NCBI GenBank assembly: GCA_964016885.1
Contig: OZ024753.1
Coordinates: 38,254,001-38,318,000, forward strand
DNA from: Eledone cirrhosa
Lineage: Eukaryota
Reading direction: 5' to 3'
DNA length: 64,000 nt
Within the stretch, counting starts at the first letter, position 1. Each line of letters begins with the position of its first letter. The notes under the pieces were generated by a model. That model was not told where the DNA came from. It worked only from the letters and a program-made list of their open reading frames with translations, and searched no databases. The position numbers were made by a program, and so were the translations under genes. Positions 1 through 16,112 of this stretch are shown in pieces.

Positions 1-90
1 GAACGATATGACCCGGATGGCATGATGACTGCTCAATAACTATAACTACAACAGCAGCAGTCGGATAAGTCTGAAATTTTGAAAGAAATG

Positions 91-246
91 TGACTGCTAA
101 TTTTAGGAGTTTGATCATGAAATTTGAAGGAAATTTGACTGGTAATTTTAGCAGTGTGATCATGAAATTTGAAGGAAATTTGACTGTTAATTTTAGCAGT
201 TTGATCATGAAATTTGAAGGAAATTTGACTGCTAATTTTAGCAGTT
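91..246. repeat. 45-bp minisatellite, ~3.5 copies
   Basis: Unit tgactgctaattttagcagtttgatcatgaaatttgaaggaaatt recurs at 91, 136, 181 and 226. Confidence 0.9.
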
Positions 247-607
247 TGGTCAGTCATCACGCCGAATGGGATGATGGCTTCACAACAAATATATCAACAC
301 CAGTTCTGACTTAAAATAATAAATAAATACGATATCAACAAAAATATTCTATAGCTGTTTGTTGACAACTACAGATGGACAACGGTTAAAGGTAGAATCA
401 TGAGAATAATTAAAATGGTGTCTTAAGACAGCAATCATGTCGAGAAAATTCCTCGATAAAGCTAGAGCATTTTTAGTTATTTTCTTCTTTCTCTTTTGCT
501 TTTCCTTTTTCTAGTCAACAGATTTGAAGACTTGATTCTGCCTGAGTGTCTGACACTCAACAAATTTCTTCATCGATTCTTCATCCCTCCTCCTACTTCT
601 TATTCTT

Positions 608-696
<89 letters not shown>

Positions 697-873
697 TACC
701 ACCACCACCACCACTACCACCACCTATCGGAGGTTTCTCAAAGGGACGAAAGATAAAGTAAATCTCGTCCGAATTTGAACTCAGAGTGCAGAGATCCGAC
801 ACGAAAACCACATAGCATTCTATCTGACTAGTAACTCACCGCTTTCCTTAGAACACATATATACGTACATTTA

Positions 874-1050
874 ATTGTTTCTACTTTTGGCACAAGGCCA
901 GCAATAACCCAGTACATTACTGGTACTTTATTTTATCGACCTCGTAAGGATGAAAGACAAAGTTAACCTCGGCCGTATTTGAACTCAGGTCGTAAAGGGA
1001 CGTAATATGCTGGAAAGCATGTCCGACCTCTACCGATACTGCCAATTCAC
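874..1050 (-). mobile_element. tRNA-derived SINE, family A
   Basis: Minus strand has a TGGCAGTATCGG A box, a GAGTTCAAAT B box, body ttcatccttacgaggtcgataaaataaagtaccag and end ggccttgtgccaaaagtagaaac; many similar copies in the window. Confidence 0.8.
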
Positions 1051-1130
1051 ATATATACGTACATTTAATGGCAAGACACCGGAGTGGTTAGATAAAACAG
1101 TCGTTCAAATCATATTTTGAGGATCAACCT

Positions 1131-3460
<2,330 letters not shown>

Positions 3461-4049
3461 CCATACATCCTTACATACATACATATCTATCTGTTCATAA
3501 CTATTGTATGAAGGTTTTTTTCACAGTCGATTTACCGAATATAGAAAAGCAAGTTCCTGACACTCGACTGTGTGAAACGACAGCTGTAGCAGAGCTTCAG
3601 AATATCAGATACATTGAAGAACTCGTTGAAGGTTGTTTAAATGGTGCCTGAAAAACCGTAATTCATGCTTAAATTGCCCTATAATATATGAACACTCATC
3701 TCCTGTTGGGGGCGGAGAAGCTATGTTTTTATGAGTGGGTGGTAGACGTTAATAATAAGTATAATAATTGTTTCTACGTTAGGTACAAGGCCAGCAATTA
3801 CCCAGTGCATTACTGGTGGCGTGCAGGGAATGGAGAGGGCAGGGATGCGGCTTGGTCAGGCATGGAAGCCTTGAGATCTCCGGGAGTGTAGGTAATGGAA
3901 ATGGGTAGGGGTGGACGGTGGCAGGGATTCGACATGTTGAGCCGTGGCAGTCCTTAGGGACCACGGAGGGCAGGCAATGGACAGGGCCGGGGAATGAATT
4001 GCGGCTAACAAGGCAGAGATGCGCAACGTAATAATGCTAGTAATGAAAA

Positions 4050-4530
4050 TGGTTTCTGATTTAGGCGCAAGGCCAACAATTTTGTGGAGGCGGAGAGAGG
4101 AAAGTCGATTAAATTGATCCCAATATCTAACCTCGGTAGGATTTGAACTCAGGACGTGACTATATGCCATAACTGATGTTGTCCGACGCTCCACCCATAC
4201 TGCCAATCCGCCAATAACGATAATAATTGTTTCTACTTTAGGCACAAGGCCAGCAATTACCCAGTGCATTACTGGTACCTTATTTTATCGACCCCGTAAG
4301 GATGAAAGGCAAAGTTAACCTCGGCGGGATTTGAACTCAGACTGTAAAGGGACGTAACTATGCTAGAAAGCATGGCGTCCAACCCTCTACCGATACTGCC
4401 AATTCACCGCCCTAACGATAATAATTGTTTCTACTATTGGCACAAGGCCAGAAATTACCCAGTACATTACTGGTACTTTATTTTATCGACCCTGTAAGGA
4501 TGAAAGGCAAAGGTAACCTCGGCGGGATTT
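4050..4530 (-). mobile_element. Three tandem or partial copies of SINE family A
   Basis: Repeated ggcacaaggccagcaatt...atttgaactcag...actgccaat blocks starting near 4050, 4225 and 4422. Confidence 0.8.
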
Positions 4531-4772
4531 AATAATGATTTCTAATAATGATAATAATTACAATTAAACAGTTTACACAGTTTTCTAAAGTATAAAATTC
4601 TGGTAATTCAAGTGGAAAGTGAAAATAGGCTTCTAGCCAATCGTAGCGTCCGAACAAACATAATGACGTAGAAAGACGCTCATTCTGTTTATCTTGACCA
4701 GTGGAGCAAATGAATGACCACAATGATAGAATCGAAAGCAATGGCGACATTGCAATGGTCTGACATTAGCAA

Positions 4773-4848
<76 letters not shown>

Positions 4849-5019
4849 GACAGCAATGGCGACATTGCAATGGACACTAATAACGTAATATGTCTCTCTT
4901 TCTGAGACACGCACACACATACATACACATATATACACACACACTACACAGACACACTCAAAAACACATACAAGTACGACCAGCTGGACGTAATCCAACT
5001 ATCAACCATGTTGTTTTTG

Positions 5020-5333
5020 GACCTTCGTCGATTTCAACGAGGAGTGTTTCAGTTGTTTGATCAATGGAAAAGGAACTGTCTACTCGTGAAATTAACGTGC
5101 AAGTGGCTGAGCATTCCACAGACACGTGCATTCTTAACATGCTTCTCATGAATATTCAGTGATAGGACTGGTTCTTTGAGTTACAATTACATCTCATTTT
5201 TACCAGCTGGGTGGGCTTGGAGCAGCGAGAAACAAAATTTCTTGCTCAAGGGTATAACGTACCACCGTCAACCAAACTCACCGCCATACGATCATGAGAC
5301 AAGCAACCTTAACCACTCAGCCACTTGCCTTCA
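5020..5333 (-). mobile_element. tRNA-derived SINE, family B (CORE-like)
   Basis: Minus-strand head gaaggcaagtggctgagtggttaagg, then cttgagcaag core and gtgtctgtggaatgctcagccacttgcacgttaatttcacgag body; related copies near 10170, 14030, 19160, 27390, 27710, 38720, 42100 and 55290. Confidence 0.7.
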
Positions 5334-6189
5334 TGATGTACCCAATCACAAATACAACCACAATGTAAGAATTCATTATTGATTCCTAACATAGACAAAA
5401 AACCGACCAATATCCGGAGTGAGATAGGTAATCGATTATATTGATCCCCAGTATTTAACTGGTAATTATTTTACTGAAGCCTACCCCCACCCTACCGCGC
5501 CATCTCTGGTAGGATGAAAGGTAACGTTAACCTCAGCAATATTTGAACTCAATATATAACAGGTTGTTACTAAACACCGCAAGGTATTCTGCCAACGCCA
5601 CTCTCTCATGTTATTATATATATATATCTGTCACATGTCGATAAAATAAAATACCAGTAACACACTGGGGTCGATTTAATCAACTTAATCAAAATTGTTG
5701 GCCTTGAGCCTAAGTCAGAAACCAATATACATACACACATACATACCTTTATTAAAAATATTAGAAACAGGTTGTACACATATATACACTCACACACGCA
5801 TACAGACACACACATATACACTCCCATATATATACACACACACACACACATATATATATATACATACATATATACACACATATACAGACACATATACACA
5901 CACACATATGTATACACATATGCACACACATACACACAGACACATATTTGCACACACAGCCACACATACATCTACTCACATACACAGAAATACAAACATA
6001 CACACAGATATACACACATACATACATACATACATACATACATACATACATACATACATACATACATACATACATACAGACACTCACACAAAATGGTGCC
6101 CCAAAGCTTTAAGAAAACAGAATATTACCAATATTAATGGAATGACGGAACAGGAGAAATATTGGAATGGCTTCTAATGTAACACTTTA

Positions 6190-6500
6190 TTCCACCATAG
6201 AACTATTATACAACCATACAACCATTACACAACCATAGAATCATTATATGACCATAGAACCATTAAATGACCATAGAACCGTTTCACCACCATAGAAGCT
6301 TTACACCAACATACCACCATACCACTATACAACCATTATGCTACGATACCCCAACATTATACCACCAGACAACAACAGTATACCACCATATACCAACACC
6401 ATACTACCATGCAACCTTATATCACCATACCATTATACACCAACACCATACCATCATACCACCCTACAACCATTATACCACCATACACCAACGTTATACT
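6190..6500. repeat. Degenerate (ACCAT)-type simple repeat
   Basis: Recurrent accata/accatt/accacc units. Confidence 0.75.
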
Positions 6501-7154
6501 AGAGGCCCATCAGTGAAGACGGTTCTTATCCTGGTTTCCATGGCGTTAAGCGACTGACAGTACAAGACTTCCCTTGGACAGGACACCAGTCAGGACATGT
6601 TAAGACGCTGTCCTTACAGTTGTGTATCTAGTAAAGATAAACATTATGAACAATGTAAAGATGCAACAAAAGGGAAAGATAGAACTTTGAAAAGATGGAG
6701 TGAGGGAACAGTGGAGTGTTGGAACGATGGAGCGATGTTTTGTTTTGTGAGGGAGGATAAATGTCCGGTTGTGATGACGGTGTCTGTAGTTTTATTCGAT
6801 TTTCCATTAAATTATGAAATAATTGTTTCTACTTTTTGGCACAAGGCCAGCAATTACACAGGAAATAATATATGGATATACTTGATATTTAGTTCAATTG
6901 ATCGTTTTAAGGGGCTGCTGTTGACAGGCGATTAACTTTGCTTTCTTAACACATATTTTTATTTTATCATTAGTTTTTATTTTTTAACACTAAATTATAT
7001 AGATATATATAGTAATAATAAATGTGAAGGGTAAAATCTGAAGAGGGCTCGATAAGGATTATATATATATATATATAAACCCGTAGAGCAAGTTTAAGCA
7101 AAGAATCGCTGCTTTCAACCTTAACGGGATCTTCTGTAACTCCTCAAGAGTTTC

Positions 7155-7201
<47 letters not shown>

Positions 7202-7250
7202 AGAGAGAGAGAGAGAGAGTGGAGGGGGAGAGTAGTAGTAGTAGTAATAA

Positions 7251-7436
7251 TGGCACAAGGCCAGCAATTGGATGAAATTGACCCCAGTGCGTGACTGGTA
7301 CTTTATTTTATCGACCCCGTAAGGATGAAAGGCAAAGTTAACCTCGGCGGGATTTGAACTCAGATCATAAAGGGCCGTAACTCTATGCGGCAAAGCATGG
7401 CGTCCGACCCTCTACCGATACTGCCAATCCACCGCC
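7251..7436 (-). mobile_element. SINE family A, near full length
   Basis: Head ggcggtggattggcagtatcgg, B box gagttcaaatccc, same body as 4225-4411 and 22601-22784. Confidence 0.85.
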
Positions 7437-7971
7437 TTAGTAGTAGTAGTAATAATAAATACAAAAAGACCAAAATCCAGAGAGGACGACGGCAAACTTG
7501 CATCCTAAGTAGGTGAGTAGATATACGACATACAGTTAGAATCGAAAACCCAGTTATGACATTTTGCCCTTTACGAGGGTTGGCTGAAAGGCTAGAGCTG
7601 TGAAATTTTGCATGCATTAATTTCAACTATTCTTATTAAAGACTGTATTGTTTCTTTATAGGGACTATGTTGAAAAATAGACTTCATTTGGTCATTCCAT
7701 ACAAATATCTTGGCCAGCAAATGAACTTTTTAGCTGATCCTCGTATTAACATAATCATCGTAGTCTTTTTGTGTCGTACTGGTCCTTCATTTGTCATTTT
7801 AAGTCGTAATTTTCTCAACAAGATAAACGTTAGCCAAATTTCACAAACTTCGCCTTTGTTGGTCTCTCAAATTATTCCAAAAAGCGAACTTTTATAAGTT
7901 ATCATTTTTATTCTATATATAACCTATTCGAGTTCTTATAAGAAAAGCAGTTCTGGCAATATTTTCAAATG

Positions 7972-8129
<158 letters not shown>

Positions 8130-8156
8130 TTATATGTGTGTGTACACACACACACA

Positions 8157-8206
<50 letters not shown>

Positions 8207-8360
8207 GAATATTTTAGTATCGTGAGAGAGTAGAAGGTTTAAAGGGATAAGCGATACATATAGTTAGTTGCCATAAGCAAAACGTACGTAGCGAAACGTA
8301 CGTAGGTGCTTATTGTATAAACATGCTCTAACAGTCTGTATTTCCTTTCGTAATTCTTTC

Positions 8361-8442
<82 letters not shown>

Positions 8443-8482
8443 CAGGAGGCTGGACTGGTGTAAATCCTTGAAAGGTTTTATT

Positions 8483-8540
8483 ATACTATGATCATTTCAA
8501 TGACCGGGTTCAGTATGAATCCGGTGATATCATCAGGTAT
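8483..8540 (-). ncRNA. Minimal type I hammerhead ribozyme
   Basis: atac-CTGATGA-[stem II ccgg/ttca...tgaa/ccgg]-GAAA-tgatca-TA^-gtat; palindromic stem III, short stem I. Confidence 0.7.
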
Positions 8541-8599
8541 TCGAAATATAACAAAGGAATATAAAAGATAAAATCCATGGGGATATACTCTTATATTAT

Positions 8600-8659
<60 letters not shown>

Positions 8660-8689
8660 AGTATAACAGAACTGTTATGCAAAATCATT

Positions 8690-9145
8690 GAAACAAACAT
8701 TTTCAGACGATCTTTTTATTGTATGCAAGGAAACCATGCTTAATAGAAAAAATAATATGAAATCCACAATGGAATAAAGTCAAGAGAAACCACCGTTTCT
8801 AGATATTTTAGTAATGAAGGTAAACAATGGAAATGAGACGGACATATAAATTTGAAAGTTACATATTACAAACTCTAGCTACTTTTTTTTTTTATTTCAT
8901 GTCGCCTGAGACATTAGGATAAATGTTCCATTCAATTCAGCCAAAAGCATATGCACAATTGTATCCGATATAAATACTCGTGGTATACAGGGTCAAGGAT
9001 TTACGGATATACAAACCGACAAATATTATCCGCTAGCCTAAATAGATAATGGAAAATTGAAGTTTGAATACTAAGAGAAACAAAACAAAAGAATATTACA
9101 GAATTGAAAGTGTTGCCATAAGTCTCTACCCACAGTCCTAGAAAT
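8690..9145 (+). pseudogene. Penelope-like element reverse transcriptase fragment, decayed
   Basis: Translates with stops and frameshifts to NMKSTME*SQEKPPFLDILVMK..ETDI, INVPFNSAKSICTIVSD and VLP*VSTHSPRN, matching PLE motifs IKFTME..LPFLD..TDIY, N.PFN.A.RICTIVSD and LP.V.T.NP. Confidence 0.8.
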
Positions 9146-9303
9146 AATGGTTTCTGATTTAGACACAAGGCCAATAATTGGGGGTAGGAGAAAGTCGATA
9201 AAATCGAACTCAGTGTGTTACTGGTACTTTATTTCATCAACCTTGTAAGGATGAAAAGCAAAGTTAACCGTTGCAGTATTTGAATTATGAACGTAAAGTG
9301 ACG

Positions 9304-9391
<88 letters not shown>

Positions 9392-9393
9392 TA

Positions 9394-9593
9394 NNNNNNN
9401 NNNNNNNNNNNNNNNNNNNNNNNNNNNNNNNNNNNNNNNNNNNNNNNNNNNNNNNNNNNNNNNNNNNNNNNNNNNNNNNNNNNNNNNNNNNNNNNNNNNN
9501 NNNNNNNNNNNNNNNNNNNNNNNNNNNNNNNNNNNNNNNNNNNNNNNNNNNNNNNNNNNNNNNNNNNNNNNNNNNNNNNNNNNNNNNNNNNNN
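9394..9593. other. Assembly gap (200 N)
   Basis: Run of N. Confidence 1.
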
Positions 9594-10283
9594 ATAAAAT
9601 GAATAACAATAACCTATAACCAAAGGGTAATGAAAGAGTGAAAAAAAAAAAGATTTGTAGGAGGAGAGAAAGATGTTATTTAATTAAGAGGTACTTACGA
9701 AAGACATAAACAATAAAACAAAGATTAAGGAATTGTATTCTGTGACACTAAAGATTAACAGTCTAGAATTAACTGTCTTGTTTGAGTGTCGATAGTAATT
9801 ACCATTTTATAGCTTCTAGTAATGGAATTCACAACAAAATTATATAATTTGGAAGAAGCGTTCAACGTGTAAATAGCGTGATGGATAAGACAAGATCAAC
9901 GTAGGAAAATTAAATTCCTATTAACTAATAATATAAAAACGGATTTCAGATTTGCTCTCTCTCTCTCTCTCTCTCGAATCTACCTCTCTACCTCCATCTA
10001 TCTCGACGTATATATTAATGTGCGCGTATATATATTATATGTGTATACATACATATATATTTTCCAGGACGATCGACTTTCGTCAAATCGGACCGAGGAA
10101 ACAATGTTTCCCGTTGGTCTTTCCAATTGCTAATACTATCTATCGGTCGCAACTCCAGGTAGAAGGAGCAACGTGAAATAAAGTGTCTTGCTCAAGGACA
10201 TAACGCATCGCCTGGTCCAGGAATCGAACTCACAACCTTACGATTGCGAATCCAATTCTCTAACCACTCAGCCACACGCCTTC

Positions 10284-10318
<35 letters not shown>

Positions 10319-10321
<3 letters not shown>

Positions 10322-11322
10322 TGGCCGACTGGCCAGGTTGCCAGGTTGCCCAATAGCAAGGGGGCCCTAAGAGGCCCACGGTAGCATTGCACGAGTCCAC
10401 AGTAGCATTGCAGGGCCACTGTAGTAGTTTAGGGGCCAATGCTTTGCTTTCAAAAGATACCTGAAAATCTAAGAGAAAGAATCAAATCTAAAAAAAAAAA
10501 TGAATAAAAACAATTAAGCAAACCAAGGAGGGGGAGAAATATGGTGGAACAGAAATGAAACATGGACTGCAGGTTAAAATGTAGTTTATGGAACACCCAG
10601 TAAAATATAGTCTAGATAGATGTGAAACAAAAAACGATCATGTAGTTTATGGAACACCCAAATGATTTAGAAGTCGACCTTAAGTAGGAGCAATACATCA
10701 AGAACGACACCAAAACACTTTGTTTGAAAATAGGTTTATAAGTATGAATTTTCAAAAGACTTTCATAGTTGTCTCTGTGGCCTAGTGGTAAGTGCTAGAT
10801 ACGGTAGAGATCTTGGCATTGGGTTCAATCCTGATCAAGAGGTACATTTTCAGTTTTTATTTTACAACCCATAGAAAAAAACTGAAAAGATTACTGGGAA
10901 CCCTATTCCCGACCAGGATCGAACTTCAGACCAGGGTCACCAACGTCTACGATCCGCCAAGTCGGCCACCGAGACAGCTACAAAAGTATATTGAAAATTG
11001 ATAATTATAACCTACTTTCAAAATCAAAGTTAATACATGTGGTGTCGTTCATGACTTTCCTAGAGTTATTAGTAATATTTAGGGTTGACTTCTGGCCACT
11101 ATTGAAAGTCTCTGATTTCGCAAAATACATAATTTTTTTTTATGGAGAAGGTAAGATATTTTTTCGCAAAAATTTGATTGCACTGTTCTGTTTCCACTTA
11201 AGTATTTTTGAAAATGTTATCTATTCATTATAAACATTAAATGATAGCATTCTATATGCAGGTGGTAGGTGGCCCCACTTCATCTCCTGGCAACCAATAT
11301 TTTTAGACCCAGTCTGCCACTG
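10319..11322. mobile_element. Non-autonomous hAT-like DNA transposon (~1 kb)
   Basis: TIRs cagtggccgactgg / ccagtctgccactg (13/14 match), subterminal ggttgccagg / cctggcaacc, flanks tatatata / tatgtata. Confidence 0.75.
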
Positions 11323-11326
11323 TATG

Positions 11327-11371
<45 letters not shown>

Positions 11372-11437
11372 ATTAAATATTGTATATACTCTAACATGTA
11401 TTGAGTACCTTACTGTGATTACCCTCGATTGAACCCG

Positions 11438-11493
<56 letters not shown>

Positions 11494-12297
11494 CATAACT
11501 TTTGTATTTACCGCTGTGATCCTACCTGCTTTGGTCGATCTGTGTTCCCTCCACACTTTCGCATCGACCCTCTCTTCTCTCTTCCCTTCTCCTCCTCACT
11601 CTCGTTTTCTCTCTCTCTATCCATCCGTTCGTTTTGATTGTTGACATGTTTACACGTACCGTGGTGGCCTCTCTGTCCGCAATCTTTGCGGCACGTTTTT
11701 ACCACCGTCGTAAAAAAAAACCCTTCTGGATTATCTCCCTTTCCTTCTCCTCCTCACTTTTGGTTGCCCGTGTCTCTCTCACTTTCTCCTGTCTATGTGA
11801 GAGGCAGCACGATTATACCAGCTCTGAGTCGTAGCTGACCACCAGGCTAACGTCTCGCCGGTTGGCCACAACTTATTTACTTTCCCTATTTTTCCACGGT
11901 ACTTTTTTGCATGTTTCTTTCACCTGTGTCTTCCCACGATATGACCTCTACACTTGTTTCTCCTCATTCTTTTCCCTTCCCCCCTTCCTTCCTCTCTCCC
12001 TCACCCCCCTCCTGTTCTTCCTCCTTTTCCTCTCTTTCCTTTGCTCTCTCCTTTTTTCTCTCCCCTTTTTCTTCTCTCTTTCTCTCTCCTTTTCCACCTG
12101 GCCTTTTGATTAATAAAAGGCCTCGGGCGCACCCGAAATACACCGACGTCCTGTAATTCAGCGCCGAAACATCGGCTCGGGAAACATTTACAGCTGACGA
12201 TGGAAACTCTTTCTTCCTTTCTCTTCCTGTTCCGTCCTAACCCCATCCTAAACCTTGTTTTTAGTAACACAGCTCCTTTCGTTTTCATAATTTGTTG

Positions 12298-12357
<60 letters not shown>

Positions 12358-12556
12358 GGACGCACCATCTTTAAGCAGTAGCTAAAAAGAAATCTCCATA
12401 AACAAGTGTATGGATCAATCAATATACATCATGGGGATTAAAGTACATTTATTAAATGTAAACATACACACACACACACACGCACACACACATATATATA
12501 TATATGCATATTCACACACATATATATATATATATGCATATTCACACACCACACAC

Positions 12557-12633
<77 letters not shown>

Positions 12634-12635
<2 letters not shown>

Positions 12636-13213
12636 AATTAATATCTAGTAACATATATATTACATACAGATGCATATCAATGCTAGCAAATATATAGGTT
12701 TTGTCTTAGTAACATGTGGTTCAATGCATGAGGTTGCAGAACAATAATATGAGAGACGTAAAATAAGAAAATTATAAAATTAACTTACTTACTAAATATC
12801 ACTTCCAACTAATTAGTTTCTGGAATGGAGTAAATATTTTTTCCGAAGAAGATATAGTGAAACAATTCCGTCGTCAGGGAAGTCTATTCTCATCTAAGTT
12901 TCCAGGCAAAGCGAGGACTCTGGAAAACTTATTAAAAAATAATTCTGTGGATAGGAAATAGCAAAGCGTGGACTGAATTCCTAGCCATTGAGAAAATCAC
13001 TGCCTCTGCGTCTGTGGCAAATTCAAAAAGAATCAATCACGTGAAATCGAGGTCAATCAGTGGAAAGTGGGTTTGCTAATAAGACAGCGGCCTGCCTACT
13101 TACCATAGAGCAGCAGTCATGGCCAATATTGCTCGACAAATAATTTGGAGATAATTATAAAGAATTAATATTTAGTAACATATTTTATAATTTTCTTATT
13201 TTACGTCTCTCAT
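12634..13213 (-). mobile_element. ORF-less Penelope-type cassette with partial inverted duplication
   Basis: atatgagagacgtaaaataagaaaattataaaat (~12746-12780) is inverted at ~13182-13214; contains a hammerhead; flanked by (TA)n. Confidence 0.6.
12801..12883 (-). ncRNA. Type I hammerhead ribozyme with long stem II insert
   Basis: acttcc-CTGACGA-c-ggaat...attcc-a-GAAA-ctaattag-TT^-ggaagt; 6-bp stem I, palindromic stem III. Confidence 0.75.
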
Positions 13214-15659
13214 ATATATATATATATATATATGTGTGTGGTGTGTGTGTGAATATGCATATATCGTCATCATATCCCCTTTATATATATATAAATATAT
13301 ATATAAAGGGGATATGATGACGATGAGGGGAAGAAGAAGAAAACGAGGATGTGGTGAGAGGGGGAAGCATGCGTGTTTTTATAACTTCCTCGTAAATATA
13401 TACAATATTTACAGTATACGGTATCCAATTTAGACATAAAAATTTACCTGGAGCAATAACGGTGATCTTTAATAAGATTCCATTGACCAACAATCTGAAA
13501 TATATTTCCATACACGCTATATTACATTTAAGAATTAAAAACAAAATGGACGAAAGTAGATATTTCTTTCTCACTTCATTTATGTGTTTATCTATTTATA
13601 CTTCGTAAATCTAGTTAAAAGAAAAGTTAACAAATTCTGCTTTATTATGAGTTGAGAAACAATTACAAACATCTCGCCCAATTAACCAATGTTTACCTGT
13701 CGGGGAGTAGCTTATAATATACATTTATGATTGTTATATGTATATGACAACCTCTTTAGTGCTGGTGTTACTGTATGACCTACCCAGTACACACTAACCT
13801 CTGTAAAGTGAACAGCGACAAAACGGAGACAATATAGTGGGACTTGAGAGATATCTTCAATCAGGCGGTGCATACAACAACCTCTCTAGTGGTGGTGCCA
13901 CGATAAAATACACCCAGTACATTCTGTAAAGTGTTAGTGCTGGTGCAATGAAAATGCACCCAATACATTTTGTAACGTCTTAGTGCTGCTGCCTCGATAA
14001 AATGAACCCAGGTCCGTCGCAGGGTTAAACCCCAGATGGTACTCATTTTCAGCTGAGTATACAAGAGCAACGTGCAATGAAGTGTTTTGTTTAAGAACAC
14101 TATACAAAACCCAGTCCAAGAATCGAACCCATGACATTATAATTGTAAGTCCAACATCCTTACCACTAGGTCAGCATGGTAAATACAGGTAAAATTATGA
14201 AGATAGCAACGACGATAAAACGATGATGATGGTGGTGATGATGATATGATAAGTAACAACTATTACTACATACCAAGTTCGACTCATAAAAGATATATCA
14301 GAATCGCTGAACCAGTCTCTTTCCCTCAGTATTTATCTCGGTCTACCTATCTCTACCTTAAGTCTTCCTATCGATCTTTCTGTCTATCAATCTATAACTA
14401 TCTATCTATATATGTTTATCTATATCTATCTATAGCTATCTATTTATCTATATTATCTATATTTATTTATCTATCTATCCATCTATCTATCTATGTCTAC
14501 ATATCTATCTCTATATATATATCTACTCCCCCACCTCTCTCGCTCGCTTTCTCGCTCTTTCGCTCTCTCTCGCTCCCCCTCTCTCTGTGTGGAACAGGCA
14601 GAAGATAGATGAGTTGCCCGGAAGCTGTATTTCAACACCAACCAACCATTAAACCATGACCGTTTAGTGGCGCAAGCTTTCATTCACAGCTATTGACAGC
14701 ATACTTTGTGATGAGGAACGACAGAGAGAGAGAGAGAGAGACGAGAGGACGGAATAAATAAATAAACAAATAGAGAGGGGGAGAGAGAGGAAGGTAGAAA
14801 GGAAGGAAAGAAATAAGGAAGAAATGAAAAAGGTTGTGAAGAACGACAGAGAGAACGATAAATATATAAAAAGAGAGAGGGTAAGAGAGAGAAAGAAAGA
14901 CAGAAAGAGAGGAATATACAAAGAAAGAAAAAAAACAAGAATCAACAGCATGTTGCCAGATCAACCTCTCATTGCATCTGTTTTAGCCCAGAGGAAATTG
15001 GTTGGACATCAGCAAATAATCCACGGTAGCGAGAACCAAATTATAACACAAGGATAAATAAAATAAAATAAAATAACATTTTAAAAATATAAATAAAAAA
15101 TGATCAACTCTACAGGCTGCCAAATCCCAATCGATGATGGGGAAAAAATGAATTTATTGAACCGAGTTTGATATTATCTTCAGTAAGGTTGATGAAGTTG
15201 CTAATATGATACTTCATAATGAGGTGTCATAACTTGGCATGCCTTGTAGGTCTGCCATGCCTCAAGATACACAGTCAGGGATATATCTTGGAAAGAACCA
15301 GTCTTTTTTTTTTATCTCTTATTTTATTTTATTTTGTTGTATTATTTTAATTTCTATTTTAAAAAAAAAAATTTATTTATTTTAACTTTAATAAATTTTA
15401 TTTGATAAAATCTAAATAGTTCTAGAATGGTGTGATATATCTGTTGCTTTATTTTGGATATTTTGTGACGGTGGAGGAAGGGAATGGACAGATCAACTAA
15501 AAAATTCTCGATGGATTTGAATGTGCCTAGTGAACAAGAACAAACAGGCAGCAATAGTTTCAACAATATAAATAACACAAAACTCTCGGGAGGGAGAAGA
15601 AATACCAACTGTTCAATCCACAGTCATGCAAGAATATTATAACCTTGCGTTGCTAAACA

Positions 15660-15941
15660 ATTCATTAATCAATAAACACTTCCCTCAAAAAGACAACAAT
15701 GAATTATTCAATACGAACAATATGAAATTCACCATCTATAAGAAACAACATTTCGCTACAGATCCACAGAATTCTGTAACACAATAAGAAATGAACAAAA
15801 CTCGAAAAATAAGTAACTGCAACTGTCGAAATATTAAGTCGAAAAAACTCGAAAAAAGAAAATGAAAACGATAGCACTGTATCTTTTACTGACTTAACAG
15901 AAAACTCCATTAAAAGTCGACTATATCGGCACATCATGTCA
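15660..15941 (+). pseudogene. Penelope-like element linker and GIY-YIG endonuclease fragment, decayed
   Basis: LINKHFPQKDNNELFNTNNMKFT, HNKK, SNCNCRN and FTDLTENSIKSRLYRHIMS resemble PLE LIDKHFP..KIFN, CNCR and YIGLTE..FK.R...H motifs. Confidence 0.7.
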
Positions 15942-16112
15942 AGTCAGGTTTCTGCTTCCTACTGATACCATATAACTCAGTACAACTTGCTTCATGGTCG
16001 GGTGGTCGACGACTAAATCGACTCCCTCATCAGATCCGGCTGGGTTCGCATCTCCAAACGTCAGACAAAGGACAATTGCTGGCCTTGTGCCAAAAGTAGG
16101 AACAATTATTAA

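Noticed and set aside
1-39. ERYDP (Kelch-like) peptide at the window start
   Set aside because: Too short and followed by a stop after 12 codons.
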